A program made the position numbers and the translations under genes. From positions 100,603-164,602 of the forward strand of contig CAYYNN010000001.1 in assembly GCA_964473175.1 (NCBI GenBank): a stretch of 64,000 nucleotides of DNA. The letters are read 5' to 3'. Each line of letters begins with the position of its first letter. Position 1 is the stretch's first letter. The stretch comes from an uncultured Candidatus Saccharibacteria bacterium. Lineage in GTDB: Bacteria; Patescibacteriota; Minisyncoccia; Phycocordibacterales; UBA9973. Positions 37,355-47,591 of this stretch are shown piece by piece. The notes under the pieces are model-generated. The model was not told the origin of the DNA. It saw only the letters and a list, made by a program, of their open reading frames with translations, and did no database searches.

Positions 37355-37591
37355 TTAGACCATGCCCAGGAGTTTCCTGATATGAGACTCCTGAAATCCT
37401 ACTGACACGTCGTCTCCTACTCGAATAACTGGTACACCGAGTTGTCCAGTGAGTTCCATCATTTCACTTCGTTTTGCAGCATCTGCCGCCACATCATACT
37501 CAGTATATGCAATATTATGTGCCTTGAAAAAGTCCTTTGCAAGATGGCAATAGTGACAAACAGGGGTGCTGTATATGGTGATTGGTTTCAT
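37355..37591 (-). CDS. glutaredoxin/NrdH-like redoxin
   Basis: 78 aa; the CHYC active site after a beta-strand (ITIYSTPVCHYCHLAKDFF) and the …GVPVIRVGDDVSVGF… motif of the thioredoxin fold. Confidence 0.75.
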   Translation of the reverse strand: MKPITIYSTPVCHYCHLAKDFFKAHNIAYTEYDVAADAAKRSEMMELTGQLGVPVIRVGDDVSVGFQESHIRKLLGMV

Positions 37592-37627
37592 ATAACTGAG
37601 TATATCACACCGCTATAGATCACGCAG

Positions 37628-38020
37628 TTAGTCTTTTTTGAACCCCACTCCAGCCAAAATCGCATTCCACCACCGGTGCACCCTGGAAACAGGCTGTATT
37701 GGTACTGTCGGTTCTGTATCAGCAACAACAATGACACCTTCTCCTGGTTTGATAACATTGTATTTCTGACGAAGTATTTGTTCTGTCCCAGCAGGAGTAG
37801 CAACATAGTCGTTCATTTTTTTGAGCGTAGCTTCTTTTGCTTGGAGTGTTTGTTTTTCTTGCGTGAGTTCATCAATATGATTTCGACTGGTCATATACTT
37901 TCCAATAACACTTACCACTGATGTCATGAGTAGGAACACGACAATCAACGCTACGAGTGCTCCCAAAAGGCTTTTTGGGGAAATGGATTGTTTCTTGTGT
38001 GTAAATTGCGTTTTTGCCAT
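37628..38020 (-). CDS. septum formation initiator (FtsB/DivIC-like) protein
   Basis: About 130 aa from the ATG at 38020: one TM helix, a coiled coil (…IDELTQEKQTLQAKEATLKKMND…), then …YNVIKPGEGVIVV…. Confidence 0.55.
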   Translation of the reverse strand: MAKTQFTHKKQSISPKSLLGALVALIVVFLLMTSVVSVIGKYMTSRNHIDELTQEKQTLQAKEATLKKMNDYVATPAGTEQILRQKYNVIKPGEGVIVVADTEPTVPIQPVSRVHRWWNAILAGVGFKKD

Positions 38021-38147
38021 GGTTTGGTACGATACGTTAATGCTATTCAATCATAACAGAAAAAAGGCTGGAATATTTCTAAAGGTGTTCGGAGTACTCG
38101 TTATTGCTAGTATGCTCCTCTTCATGATCGCGCCGATTATGAAGTAG

Positions 38148-39941
38148 TTATTCTTGCTTCATTACCTTTATAAAGACATCGTGCGGTATATTTACCGTTG
38201 CATGTTCTCGCATCTTTTTCTTTCCTTTCTTTTGTTTATCCAGAAGTTTATTTTTACGGGATACATCTCCCCCGTACAAATGCCCCGTCACATCTTTTCG
38301 AAATGCTTTCATCGTGCGACTCGCGATGATACGACCGAACGCCTTTGCTTGAATCTTCATCACTACTTGTTGTCGTGGCATCAACTTTTCAAGCTTATCA
38401 ACAAACTCAATTGCGTCTTCTTCTACACGGCGACGAGAAATAATCCGTGTGAATGCTGGCTGCACTTCATCCCCAATAATCATATCCATACGCGTCACAT
38501 CAGCTTGGCGTGTTTCAACTATTTCGTATGACACTGAACCGTATCCGCTCGTGAGACTTTTTAATTCATCAAAAAAGTTTCGCATCATCTCTCGTAGTGG
38601 CAATAGTGCGATGACAGTTGATCGGTCGTGTGCAAAATTTGCAACGTCTATTACTTCTGCCTCATGTTCATAGAGAAATGGCATCAGTATGCCAACTTGT
38701 TCAAGTGGAACGATAACCGCAGCGCGTACCCATGGCTCCTGTACTGCATCTATAGTTCCATCATCAGGAAATAAATGTGGAGAATACACAGTCACTGTTT
38801 TACCACCACGAACAGTGACCATATATGTCGTTGATGGCATTGTGACGATAAGTTCAAGATTAAATTCTCGACGAAGTCGTTCCGTGATAATTTCAAGGTG
38901 CAACATACCCAAGAACCCGCATCGATATCCTCGCCCTAATGCACCAGATACTTCTTCTTCATATGAAAATGATGAGTCAGAAAGGCGGAGTTTGCCGAGC
39001 GCAAGTTTGAGTTCATCAAACATGTCCTGACTTTCTGGATAAATAGATGCCCACACGACAGGTCTCGGTTGCTCATACCCACCAAGAGCAGGCAGCGGAT
39101 TTTTGAAACTCGTAATTGTATCTCCCACAGCCGCAATACCTGGTTGCTTGATTCCGGTCACAATATATCCAATACTTCCAGCGCCGAGTGATTCAGTTGC
39201 CGTAGCTTCTGGGGTAAATACTCCAACTTCCAGTACGTTAAACTTTTGTTTTGATGCCGCAAATATTAGTTCATCTCCCTTTTTAACAATACCCTGATAT
39301 AGTCGGGTGAAAATAATAACACCTTTGTGATTTGAATATGAAAAATCAAAGATTAGTCCTTGTGGTACAGAATCTGTCGTTTCAATGACTGGTGGCGGTA
39401 TACGCTCAATAATTGCACTCAAAAGTTCAGCAACACCTTCTCCTGTACGACCAGAGACCGCCAGGACCTCACTCGTATCACATCCGAGAAGCTCTGCAAT
39501 TTCAAGCTTGATATCGTCCGGACGAGCTAGCGCACTATCTACCTTGGTAATGACAGGAATAATCACGAGTCCACTTTCTCGTGCCATTTCAAGTGTAGTG
39601 AGAGTCTGTGCCTGCACACCTTGTGTCGCATCGACAAGAAGGAGTGATCCTTCGACTGCTTTGAGCGCGCGCGATACTTCATATGAAAAGTCGATGTGGC
39701 CAGGGGTGTCAATAAGGTTTAGTAAATAATCTGCCCCGTCGTGTTTGTACTGCATTCTAACTGGCTGCATTTTGATGGTGATACCACGTTCTCGTTCGAG
39801 TTCCATACTATCGAGCACTTGATCGCGCATTTTACGCGCTTCGATAGTACCCGTGACTTCGAGCATACGATCAGCGAGTGTTGACTTGCCGTGGTCGATA
39901 TGAGCAATAATACTAAAATTGCGTATGTGTTTTGATTCCAT
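38148..39941 (-). CDS. lepA: elongation factor 4 (LepA)
   Basis: 597 aa from MESKHIRNFSIIAHIDHGKSTLADRMLE… (G1 motif), with the LepA-specific C-terminal domain. The track ORF carries a 60-aa non-homologous N-terminal extension. Confidence 0.9.
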   Translation of the reverse strand: MESKHIRNFSIIAHIDHGKSTLADRMLEVTGTIEARKMRDQVLDSMELERERGITIKMQPVRMQYKHDGADYLLNLIDTPGHIDFSYEVSRALKAVEGSLLLVDATQGVQAQTLTTLEMARESGLVIIPVITKVDSALARPDDIKLEIAELLGCDTSEVLAVSGRTGEGVAELLSAIIERIPPPVIETTDSVPQGLIFDFSYSNHKGVIIFTRLYQGIVKKGDELIFAASKQKFNVLEVGVFTPEATATESLGAGSIGYIVTGIKQPGIAAVGDTITSFKNPLPALGGYEQPRPVVWASIYPESQDMFDELKLALGKLRLSDSSFSYEEEVSGALGRGYRCGFLGMLHLEIITERLRREFNLELIVTMPSTTYMVTVRGGKTVTVYSPHLFPDDGTIDAVQEPWVRAAVIVPLEQVGILMPFLYEHEAEVIDVANFAHDRSTVIALLPLREMMRNFFDELKSLTSGYGSVSYEIVETRQADVTRMDMIIGDEVQPAFTRIISRRRVEEDAIEFVDKLEKLMPRQQVVMKIQAKAFGRIIASRTMKAFRKDVTGHLYGGDVSRKNKLLDKQKKGKKKMREHATVNIPHDVFIKVMKQE

Positions 39942-39996
39942 AAATGTGGGCAAACTATAGCAGAAAAAGCAGTTTTTGGGAAAAATCAAATCAAAC

Positions 39997-41655
39997 CTAG
40001 AGGTCTGGCTGCTGTGGCACAACCGCAGGACGTTGCTTCCAGAACTTGGAACGAAGGGTTGCAATGAAAAGGTTAATATCTTCATTATTGAGTGCCTTAA
40101 GCACAATCGCATATACAGCAAGTCCTATCCCCCCAGCGATTACGGCTTGGATAAACACCCCGATGAACCGCGTTTGATCGACACCAGTTCCAGACAGATG
40201 GAGGGTGGCATACATTGCTGCTGCGCTAATAATACCCGCCGCAAGCATGTGAGAGATAGTGCGCATTAATACTGAATGTTCGGTATGTGTCCCATGGAGA
40301 CGCTTTGAGAAAGCCTTCCAAAGCAATAGAGCATTAATGATTTGTCCTATGGAAAATCCAAGTGGCAACATTATGACTGCGCCATTTTCAACTCCATCAA
40401 TACGCATAAGGCTGTCCATAAAATAATGGAACATAGCGACGTCTCTATATAAGAGCAAAAATCCTCCTGTTGCTACTGTGGTAACCAATAAACCTAATGC
40501 ATTAATTCGGAGCGGTATTTTTGTTTCACCTATAGCGTAGAATGCTCGCACCATAAGTAACACAATACATTGCGCAACGATAGATAAAGAAAAGAGTCCT
40601 ACGGCTGCCGCGACAAGTCGTGTATCGTTCCATGAAAATGCACCGGCACCGAGAAGCACTCGCACTAAATGCGCACGTAAGACAATAAACGTTAGTGATG
40701 CGGGTATCGCAAGAAAACATATATTACGAATTGCACTTTCAAGTACCCGTAGCAATTCTTTTTTATTACCTTCAGAAAAAAGTCTACTCATGGTTGGAAA
40801 TGCTGCGACCGCATAAGAAATACCAATAATGAGCAATGGCGTGTTTTCAATATTATATGAAAGCTGAAATATAGATATAGACCCAACAGCAAGTAGCGAT
40901 GCGATCGCACCCATAGCAATAAACGTAAGGTTTGTTAATGAGCTCCCCAATGTCCGTGGCAAGGAAAGCGACATGACTCGTTTGATAATACTCCAATCGA
41001 TAGTGCTCGTAAGCCTCGGAATTTTCCCCAAGGATACCACTGTTGGAATTTGTACCAAGAAGTACATAAGTGCTCCAAGCACTACTCCGATCACAACTCC
41101 CATCATTCCCCACCACTGACGAAATACAATAACTCCAACCAAAATACCGACATTATAAAAAAGTGGCGCTATCGCAAATGAAAAGAATTTTTTCTGTACC
41201 TGCGCAAAAGATGAAAGAAGACTTGATAGACCAAAGAAAAATGGTGACAATAACATAATACGAGAATACATCACCAATGTTTCTCTTGCTGCGGCATCAA
41301 ATCCTGGCGCAGTAATATGCGTCAACCACGGCATGAGTGCATATACTATTATCGATAGTATGATCATTCCGAGAGAAAATACCGTGAATACTGTGTTAAG
41401 GAAATGTTTAAGCGCAGATGACTTACCGGTAGATTTTTCTTCTTCTAAGTACTGTGTAATAAAAGGAATCAACACGGTGAGAGAAAATAATATTCCCACT
41501 GAGTTATACAGAAAGTCAGGGATACGAAATGCTGCATAATAAATATCTAGTGATGCTGAAGGACCTACTGTTGAAGCCAATAGTCTATCGCGAAGAAGGC
41601 CGAACAATTGTGACGCCAACGAAAACACTGCCAGCACGAGTGCCGCAGCATTCAT
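39997..41655 (-). CDS. murJ: lipid II flippase MurJ (MviN)
   Basis: About 552 aa from MNAAALVLAVFSLASQLFGLLRDRLLA…; 14 predicted TM helices. An upstream in-frame ATG at 41700 is an alternative start. Confidence 0.8.
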   Translation of the reverse strand: MNAAALVLAVFSLASQLFGLLRDRLLASTVGPSASLDIYYAAFRIPDFLYNSVGILFSLTVLIPFITQYLEEEKSTGKSSALKHFLNTVFTVFSLGMIILSIIVYALMPWLTHITAPGFDAAARETLVMYSRIMLLSPFFFGLSSLLSSFAQVQKKFFSFAIAPLFYNVGILVGVIVFRQWWGMMGVVIGVVLGALMYFLVQIPTVVSLGKIPRLTSTIDWSIIKRVMSLSLPRTLGSSLTNLTFIAMGAIASLLAVGSISIFQLSYNIENTPLLIIGISYAVAAFPTMSRLFSEGNKKELLRVLESAIRNICFLAIPASLTFIVLRAHLVRVLLGAGAFSWNDTRLVAAAVGLFSLSIVAQCIVLLMVRAFYAIGETKIPLRINALGLLVTTVATGGFLLLYRDVAMFHYFMDSLMRIDGVENGAVIMLPLGFSIGQIINALLLWKAFSKRLHGTHTEHSVLMRTISHMLAAGIISAAAMYATLHLSGTGVDQTRFIGVFIQAVIAGGIGLAVYAIVLKALNNEDINLFIATLRSKFWKQRPAVVPQQPDL

Positions 41656-41702
41656 GGTGCTGACATCTTTATTAAGAAATTTGAAGAATCGAGGAACCAT
41701 TA

Positions 41703-44015
41703 TTATTTTTTAATTGGTTTTGTTTCCACAGTAGATGGAGTTTCGACACCTTCGAGCTGTGCTCGCTTTTCTGCAATACCACCAATATTTGGGAAAGAGG
41801 TTGCAAATGTATCAAGCGCAGCAAGTGCTTGTTCTTTTTGGTTGGACGCAGAAAGTGCATCAATAATACCGAGCAGCGCATTAGGATTATTGGGGTTAAT
41901 TTTCTCTGCTTTTGTATACGCATCAAGCGCAAGGTCGTATTGTTTTGCAGCAGCAAATGCTTGTCCAATCAATACATATCCTTGTTCATCATATGGCGCA
42001 ACAGAAATGTATGTACGTAGTTCATCGATAATAGCATTTGTGTCGCCTGCTGCTCTATGTATCTGTGCTCGTAATACATATGCATCCAAATAATCAGCCT
42101 TAAGTGCGAGTGATTGTGCAATATAATCTTTTGCTCCAGCAGTATCATTTTTGAGTAGTGCGACCTTTGCTTCATTAAATGTATACAGCGGGTTATACGG
42201 ACTTCGTGCCATTGCTTCATCTGCGGCACTTTTTGCTGCAGTATATGCATCAGGTGCATCTTTGGATGCAACGAGTTGATATACCTGACTTAACGCAAGC
42301 CAGTTACTTGCATCAGTATTATCCCAGGCAACAGCTGCTCGAGCATTTTGTTCTGCCTGACTAAAGTTTGATTGCAAGGCAGTTTTATCAGCATTTTCTG
42401 TACGCGCAAGTGTGGTGAACTGCTGGACATATACTGCAGATCGCGTTCGGAAATAGATATCATTTTGAGACAATGCAATAGCGTGATTGAGTCGAGTAAT
42501 ACCTGTAGGAAAATCAGCGGCAGTCAAAGCGCGGTTGTACGCCACAAGACTAGCAAATCGGTTTGCACTAAAGTATGTTGCAGCAAATCCTGCCATACTT
42601 GCAATAACAAGAAGAAGGATTGCAAAAAAACTTGTTCGAGGATCTTTGAGATAGTGTACCGATACAATAGGTATTCGACCTACTACTGATGATACTCCAA
42701 GAAGAAGTCCAAGGTATAAAAATCCCCATATAACCAAGACCATTCCAGGAGATGATAATAGAAATAAAACAACAAATGCTACAAACATTATCAATGACGA
42801 TACTGCAATAAATCGGCTAAATCGATCAGGAAAAGAATGATTGAATAATTTAAATCCAAGCATAAGTGACCAAACAATCACCACGAGAAGTGCGAGACTT
42901 ACCAATACACCATTAGTCGCCAGTGTCGTCAGGCCAGTACTATAGCCACTTTCAAATGTTGTATTCCAAAATTGTGTTTGATTAATAGCAGCGGGATGAT
43001 ATGCATTCCATGCTACACCAAATCTACCAGCACCATTCCCTAAAACAGGATCTCTATAAAGTGCAGAACGCACTACATGCATCGTTGTACTGATAGATGG
43101 TCGTATATCAGTAAAGTTCACTCCGATACGTCCTGCAATACTGACACCAACAGAACCAGAACTAAGGAAGAAGAAAAGACTTATGAGCAGTGTTGCAAAT
43201 GATACTACTGGGAAACGAGAATCTTCTCCTGGGGCATTTTCTACTGTTTGCTGTGGGAAGAATTTAGCTACCGATCGTTCTACTGATGATTTGTAGACAA
43301 ATACTAAAAGGGCGGAGATCATTGTTATAAGCCATGCTGCCTTGAAATTGAGACAGATCAAAACAACAATAGACACTATCATTGCACCCAATGAAAGCCA
43401 TTTGAAAAACCCTTTTGGCTTTAGTACTTCAAACATTAAGAGTGCGAGTAAAAGTGTGAATGTTACAAAATATGCAAAATCTACCCAACTTCCTATTAAC
43501 GTTCCCTGTGTAGCAATATGGCTAAAATATTTTGTGACAAATGCAGTATTTTTTGAAACAAATAGGAGTACTTGTAAGAGCACTGTTGCAACGGAACCAG
43601 TAAATGCTGCAAGGAATAGTGTCACGAGTCGTTTTTGATCTCTTGCATATGTTGCAACGAGAAACGTAAACATCCCCAACACGAGTACTGTGGCAAATGA
43701 ATCTAATGCAAACCCTCTCCCCCAAAGAGATACCGTTCTATTCGCAGAAAAAAGCGCACTTATAAATGCGAGTGCAATCCATACCAGTATCATCGTAAAT
43801 ATTTTGTGCTTTGGAATACGAATAGATCCCCCGACGAATTGGGCGAGTAGCCAAAACGATGAAGCAAGAAATACACCGATGTACAACATAAGCCCTTTTA
43901 TAGAGGTCGTACTGCCTCCTGTGCTTGTGAGAAACGCTACAGGTATAAGCGCACAGATACCGACGATAATGCGAAACGAGAGGGTGCTGAAACGCTTAAT
44001 AAGTGTCTGATACAT
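41703..44015 (-). CDS. O-antigen ligase/polymerase-like (Wzy_C-type) polytopic membrane protein with C-terminal TPR repeats
   Basis: 770 aa; about 12 TM helices in the first ~480 aa, then TPR-like repeats (…AYTKAEKINPNNPNALLGIIDALSASNQKEQAL…). Confidence 0.6.
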   Translation of the reverse strand: MYQTLIKRFSTLSFRIIVGICALIPVAFLTSTGGSTTSIKGLMLYIGVFLASSFWLLAQFVGGSIRIPKHKIFTMILVWIALAFISALFSANRTVSLWGRGFALDSFATVLVLGMFTFLVATYARDQKRLVTLFLAAFTGSVATVLLQVLLFVSKNTAFVTKYFSHIATQGTLIGSWVDFAYFVTFTLLLALLMFEVLKPKGFFKWLSLGAMIVSIVVLICLNFKAAWLITMISALLVFVYKSSVERSVAKFFPQQTVENAPGEDSRFPVVSFATLLISLFFFLSSGSVGVSIAGRIGVNFTDIRPSISTTMHVVRSALYRDPVLGNGAGRFGVAWNAYHPAAINQTQFWNTTFESGYSTGLTTLATNGVLVSLALLVVIVWSLMLGFKLFNHSFPDRFSRFIAVSSLIMFVAFVVLFLLSSPGMVLVIWGFLYLGLLLGVSSVVGRIPIVSVHYLKDPRTSFFAILLLVIASMAGFAATYFSANRFASLVAYNRALTAADFPTGITRLNHAIALSQNDIYFRTRSAVYVQQFTTLARTENADKTALQSNFSQAEQNARAAVAWDNTDASNWLALSQVYQLVASKDAPDAYTAAKSAADEAMARSPYNPLYTFNEAKVALLKNDTAGAKDYIAQSLALKADYLDAYVLRAQIHRAAGDTNAIIDELRTYISVAPYDEQGYVLIGQAFAAAKQYDLALDAYTKAEKINPNNPNALLGIIDALSASNQKEQALAALDTFATSFPNIGGIAEKRAQLEGVETPSTVETKPIKK

Positions 44016-44052
44016 ATCAGTATATCATAGCGCATATTTGATACCTTTCAAA

Positions 44053-46377
44053 TTACTCCGTAACAATGTTTACAATTCGTCCTGGAACAACGATAACCTT
44101 CAGTACGTTTTTTCCATCCAATAATTCTATTATTCGCGGAAGTGCGAGTGCAGCATGCTGTAGTTGTTCTTTGGTTGAATCTGTCGCGATAGTGATGTCA
44201 GCACGAAGCTTACCGTTTACTTGTACTCCAATAGTTCGAGTTTCATCGATGAGCATTGTCGGGTTCCACACAGGCCATTGTGCTGTATGAATACTTGGTT
44301 TGGGTGAACCATAGTGAGCATCAGGGCGCGTATCAGGAATAGTGTTCCATAACTCTTCTGTCATGTGGGGCGCAAACGGGGCAAGGAGCGTGAGTAACAC
44401 TTTATATTCTGCTTCCAATAATGCTGGAGCTTTCTCCCATTCGTTAACCAATATCATCATCGCTGAAATAGCTGTATTGAATTTATATTCTTCAATATCA
44501 TCGGTCATTTTCTTGATAGTTTTGTGTAGCTGCGCAGTTATAACACCCTCACCAATTTTGTCTTTGAGTTTCCATACACGCTCCAAGAATCTGCGCACAC
44601 CCACGACTCCATTCGGGTCCCATGGATAGTTTGCCGTAACTCCAAATGGACCCATAAATGCCAAATACATTCGGACGGTGTCTGCGCCCAACCGCTCTAC
44701 CAGTTCGTCGGGGTTTATAGCCTTGCCGTCGCGCTTAGACATTTTATTGCCATCTGAACCTACGATAAGTCCCCGGTTTCGACGTTTTTTATATGGTTCA
44801 TTTTCTTGAACAATTCCGAGTTGGTGCAAGGCCTTAGTCCAAAATCGCGAATATAATACGTGCATTGTCGTATGTTCTGCCCCTCCCATATATAGATCTA
44901 CTGGCATCCATGCATTACGTTTATCAAGCGTTGCAAAATTAAATTCATTTTTATTATCCAAATATCTATAGAAATACCATGTTGAATCAACAAACGCATC
45001 CATTGTTTCTACTTCTGGTTTCCACCCGGGACCAAATAGTTTCTCTGTTCTTTCTCTGAGCTCCTTACTTCGAGCGAGTGGTGCAGTGCCGTCTGGTGTA
45101 TGATCGACATCAGTTGGAAGTACCCACGGCAGATATTTTTCTGGGACAGGATGTGCGTTACCTTGTGGGTCATACACAATAGGAATAGGTGTCCCCCAGT
45201 ATCGTTGACGGCTGATCCCCCAATCTCGCAACCGATACGTCTTGGTCAACTTGCCACCGACTTTTTTTGTAATTTCAATTTTATCAACAAGCGGCTGATC
45301 GATACTACGAATGTTGTGTATTGTCGCAAATTCTCTATCACGTTCGTCGTGCATTGGTACTGCCATCACCGCCCCAGTGCCGTAGCCCGCAAGAACATAG
45401 TCAGCAACATAAACAGGTACTTCTTCATTGTTGGCAGGATTTACCGCGAGTACTCCATCGAGCATGACGCCTGTTTTTTCTTTGGATTGCTGACGGTCAA
45501 GTTCAGATTTCTTTTTAGCACTGTCAATATATGCCGTAACAGCTTCTACGTTTTTTGCTTGCTCAAGTACTACTTTTACCAAAGGGTGTTCTGGTGCAAG
45601 GACAACATATGTAACACCAAGTATCGTGTCAGCACGTGTCGTAAATATCTTTATCTTTTTATCAGAATCCACAATGCGGAAATCTATTTCACTTCCCTCA
45701 CTACGAGAAATCCAGTTACGTTGTGATTCTTTGATAGCATGAGGCCAATCAAGATCATTGAGATCATCCACCAGTGCATCCGCAAATTTAGTAATCCGAA
45801 GCATCCACTGTGGCTGTTCACGTTGAACAACATCTGTTCCGCATCGCTCGCATTTTCCATCAACGACTTGTTCATTTGCGAGTATTGTCTGATCATTAGG
45901 GCACCAGTTCACTGTGGTAACATCGCGATACACAAGATCGTGTGCCAAGAACTGAGTGAACATCCATTGTGTCCATTTGTAGTATGCAGGATCACAAGTG
46001 ACTACCTCACGAGACCAATCAAACATTGCGCCCATACTCCGCAACTGAACACGCATACGGTCCATTTGTTCATATGTCCACACTTTCGGATCGGCACCCA
46101 GCTTGATCGCGGCGTTTTCTGCAGGCAAACCAAAGGCATCAAATCCCATAGGATAGAGTACATTATAGCCTTGCATTCTTTTGTATCGAGCAAATATATC
46201 AGGTACTGCAAATGCGTACCAATGCCCCGTATGCAGATTGCCTGATGGATAGCTAAACTCTACGAGACTATAGAAGTTTTCTTTCCCTACTACTGTATCA
46301 GTTACCGTATACAGTCCAGTATCATGCCACTCTTTCTGCCATTTCTTTTCAATATCAAGATGGTTATAGGGATTCAT
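44053..46377 (-). CDS. leuS: leucine--tRNA ligase
   Basis: 774 aa from MNPYNHLDIEKKWQKEW…; HIGH-type motif (PSGNLHTGHWYAF) and KMSKS (KMSKRDGK). Confidence 0.9.
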   Translation of the reverse strand: MNPYNHLDIEKKWQKEWHDTGLYTVTDTVVGKENFYSLVEFSYPSGNLHTGHWYAFAVPDIFARYKRMQGYNVLYPMGFDAFGLPAENAAIKLGADPKVWTYEQMDRMRVQLRSMGAMFDWSREVVTCDPAYYKWTQWMFTQFLAHDLVYRDVTTVNWCPNDQTILANEQVVDGKCERCGTDVVQREQPQWMLRITKFADALVDDLNDLDWPHAIKESQRNWISRSEGSEIDFRIVDSDKKIKIFTTRADTILGVTYVVLAPEHPLVKVVLEQAKNVEAVTAYIDSAKKKSELDRQQSKEKTGVMLDGVLAVNPANNEEVPVYVADYVLAGYGTGAVMAVPMHDERDREFATIHNIRSIDQPLVDKIEITKKVGGKLTKTYRLRDWGISRQRYWGTPIPIVYDPQGNAHPVPEKYLPWVLPTDVDHTPDGTAPLARSKELRERTEKLFGPGWKPEVETMDAFVDSTWYFYRYLDNKNEFNFATLDKRNAWMPVDLYMGGAEHTTMHVLYSRFWTKALHQLGIVQENEPYKKRRNRGLIVGSDGNKMSKRDGKAINPDELVERLGADTVRMYLAFMGPFGVTANYPWDPNGVVGVRRFLERVWKLKDKIGEGVITAQLHKTIKKMTDDIEEYKFNTAISAMMILVNEWEKAPALLEAEYKVLLTLLAPFAPHMTEELWNTIPDTRPDAHYGSPKPSIHTAQWPVWNPTMLIDETRTIGVQVNGKLRADITIATDSTKEQLQHAALALPRIIELLDGKNVLKVIVVPGRIVNIVTE

Positions 46378-46547
46378 AGGTCTATGGATTTTTCCACAAA
46401 ACAGCGTATTTAGCAAATAAAAAAGCCACTCAGACTGCTGAATGACTTTTTATTGGTTTTTCACCTTTTCCACCAATAGCCGAGAAAATTTGCTTGTGCG
46501 TACATACAATTAATTTACCATTAAAAATATTTTCTAGTACTAGTATA

Positions 46548-47561
46548 CTACCCCTTTACTGCTTTTGGATATGGTGGATATACATCTGGATCAATCGTTC
46601 TCATAAAACAAGTGTCTCCTGCTTGATGGTCCCAACTATCAGTAGTGTTTGTTACGTATGGGTATGACGAAACACTGGTATCCATAACTCCAGGATATGC
46701 TTGACCATTTGCGTCTGGTACCCAACCTTTTGCTAGTGGTAAATCAAATGAAGCACACAGTTGGAATTCTTTATCAGAAATTTTGGTGTAGAGATATTGT
46801 TTACCTTTCTCAAATTCTGGATCAGTAGGAACCATATAACTGGATAACGGATTGTTGAGCTGTGCAATCGTTACTGGTAACATTTCTTTTTGTTGCCAAT
46901 AATTTATCACTTGATATTGTATCGATTGCAAATCATCGATACGCTTTTGATCAATACGAAGCTTACGCTGATGTACCGGAGAGCCGATCACCGAGAAACT
47001 CCACACAATAAGTGCGAGCACTGCGATGCTCCCTGTTACCACATGCGCAACGATGAATACACGTTTTTCTTGTAACGTTCGAGTGTAGTACAGCCCTATT
47101 TTGATCGCGACGAGAAGTGTTAGGAGGACCTTGAAAATAAACCGTGTTGTTATTTCTCCAGATACAAAATACCGAACCAATACAACAAGATCAGTAATGA
47201 TCGTAATACTCACAAGGAAAAGAATTACGTATAATGCCCATCGTCGAAGTACGTCATTCCAGTGCGACAATCTTGATACCGTTGATTGCTTAGACCAAAA
47301 GTACTGAATAACAAGATATGTTGGGAAAATAATAATCAATAACGCTAAGGCGCTTCTCATTCCTTCGTAACTATAGTTTGCATATCCGTATGTATAGCTG
47401 TCTGTTAAAACATCCCGAAATACATGATTGAGTGTTTCAAATGCAAGAGTCAGAAATGCAGACACGGTAACAATAAGGGTAACAACCGTTCCGAGTGACA
47501 AAAAGAAGAAAAGTGGTGTCAGTTTTTTGTGTTCCATATCAGAAGTATATACTATATACAT
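46548..47561 (-). CDS. hypothetical polytopic membrane protein
   Basis: 337 aa; about 5 TM helices in the N-terminal 200 aa, then an aromatic-rich extracytoplasmic domain. No family assignable. Confidence 0.45.
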   Translation of the reverse strand: MYIVYTSDMEHKKLTPLFFFLSLGTVVTLIVTVSAFLTLAFETLNHVFRDVLTDSYTYGYANYSYEGMRSALALLIIIFPTYLVIQYFWSKQSTVSRLSHWNDVLRRWALYVILFLVSITIITDLVVLVRYFVSGEITTRFIFKVLLTLLVAIKIGLYYTRTLQEKRVFIVAHVVTGSIAVLALIVWSFSVIGSPVHQRKLRIDQKRIDDLQSIQYQVINYWQQKEMLPVTIAQLNNPLSSYMVPTDPEFEKGKQYLYTKISDKEFQLCASFDLPLAKGWVPDANGQAYPGVMDTSVSSYPYVTNTTDSWDHQAGDTCFMRTIDPDVYPPYPKAVKG

Positions 47562-47591
47562 AGCAACGATAAGAACCCACTGTCTTGATGA

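Noticed and set aside
38154-39729. Antisense ORFs inside lepA
   Set aside because: Nested in lepA and low complexity.
39997-41700. Longer MurJ start at 41700 (MVPRFFKF…)
   Set aside because: Alignment with the MurJ N-terminus (conserved RD pair about 22 aa from the start) favours the internal ATG at 41655. The longer form is kept as an alternative, not a separate feature.
45100-46245. '+' ORFs (208 aa and 168 aa) inside leuS
   Set aside because: Nested antisense in leuS, Cys/His/Arg-rich junk translation.
46378-46547. Possible T-box riboswitch leader upstream of leuS (also checked upstream of valS at 33225-33469 and alaS)
   Set aside because: No T-box consensus (AATTAGGGTGGNACCGCG or its reverse complement) is present. 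Only an imperfect terminator-like hairpin flanked by A and T runs, at 46425-46460.
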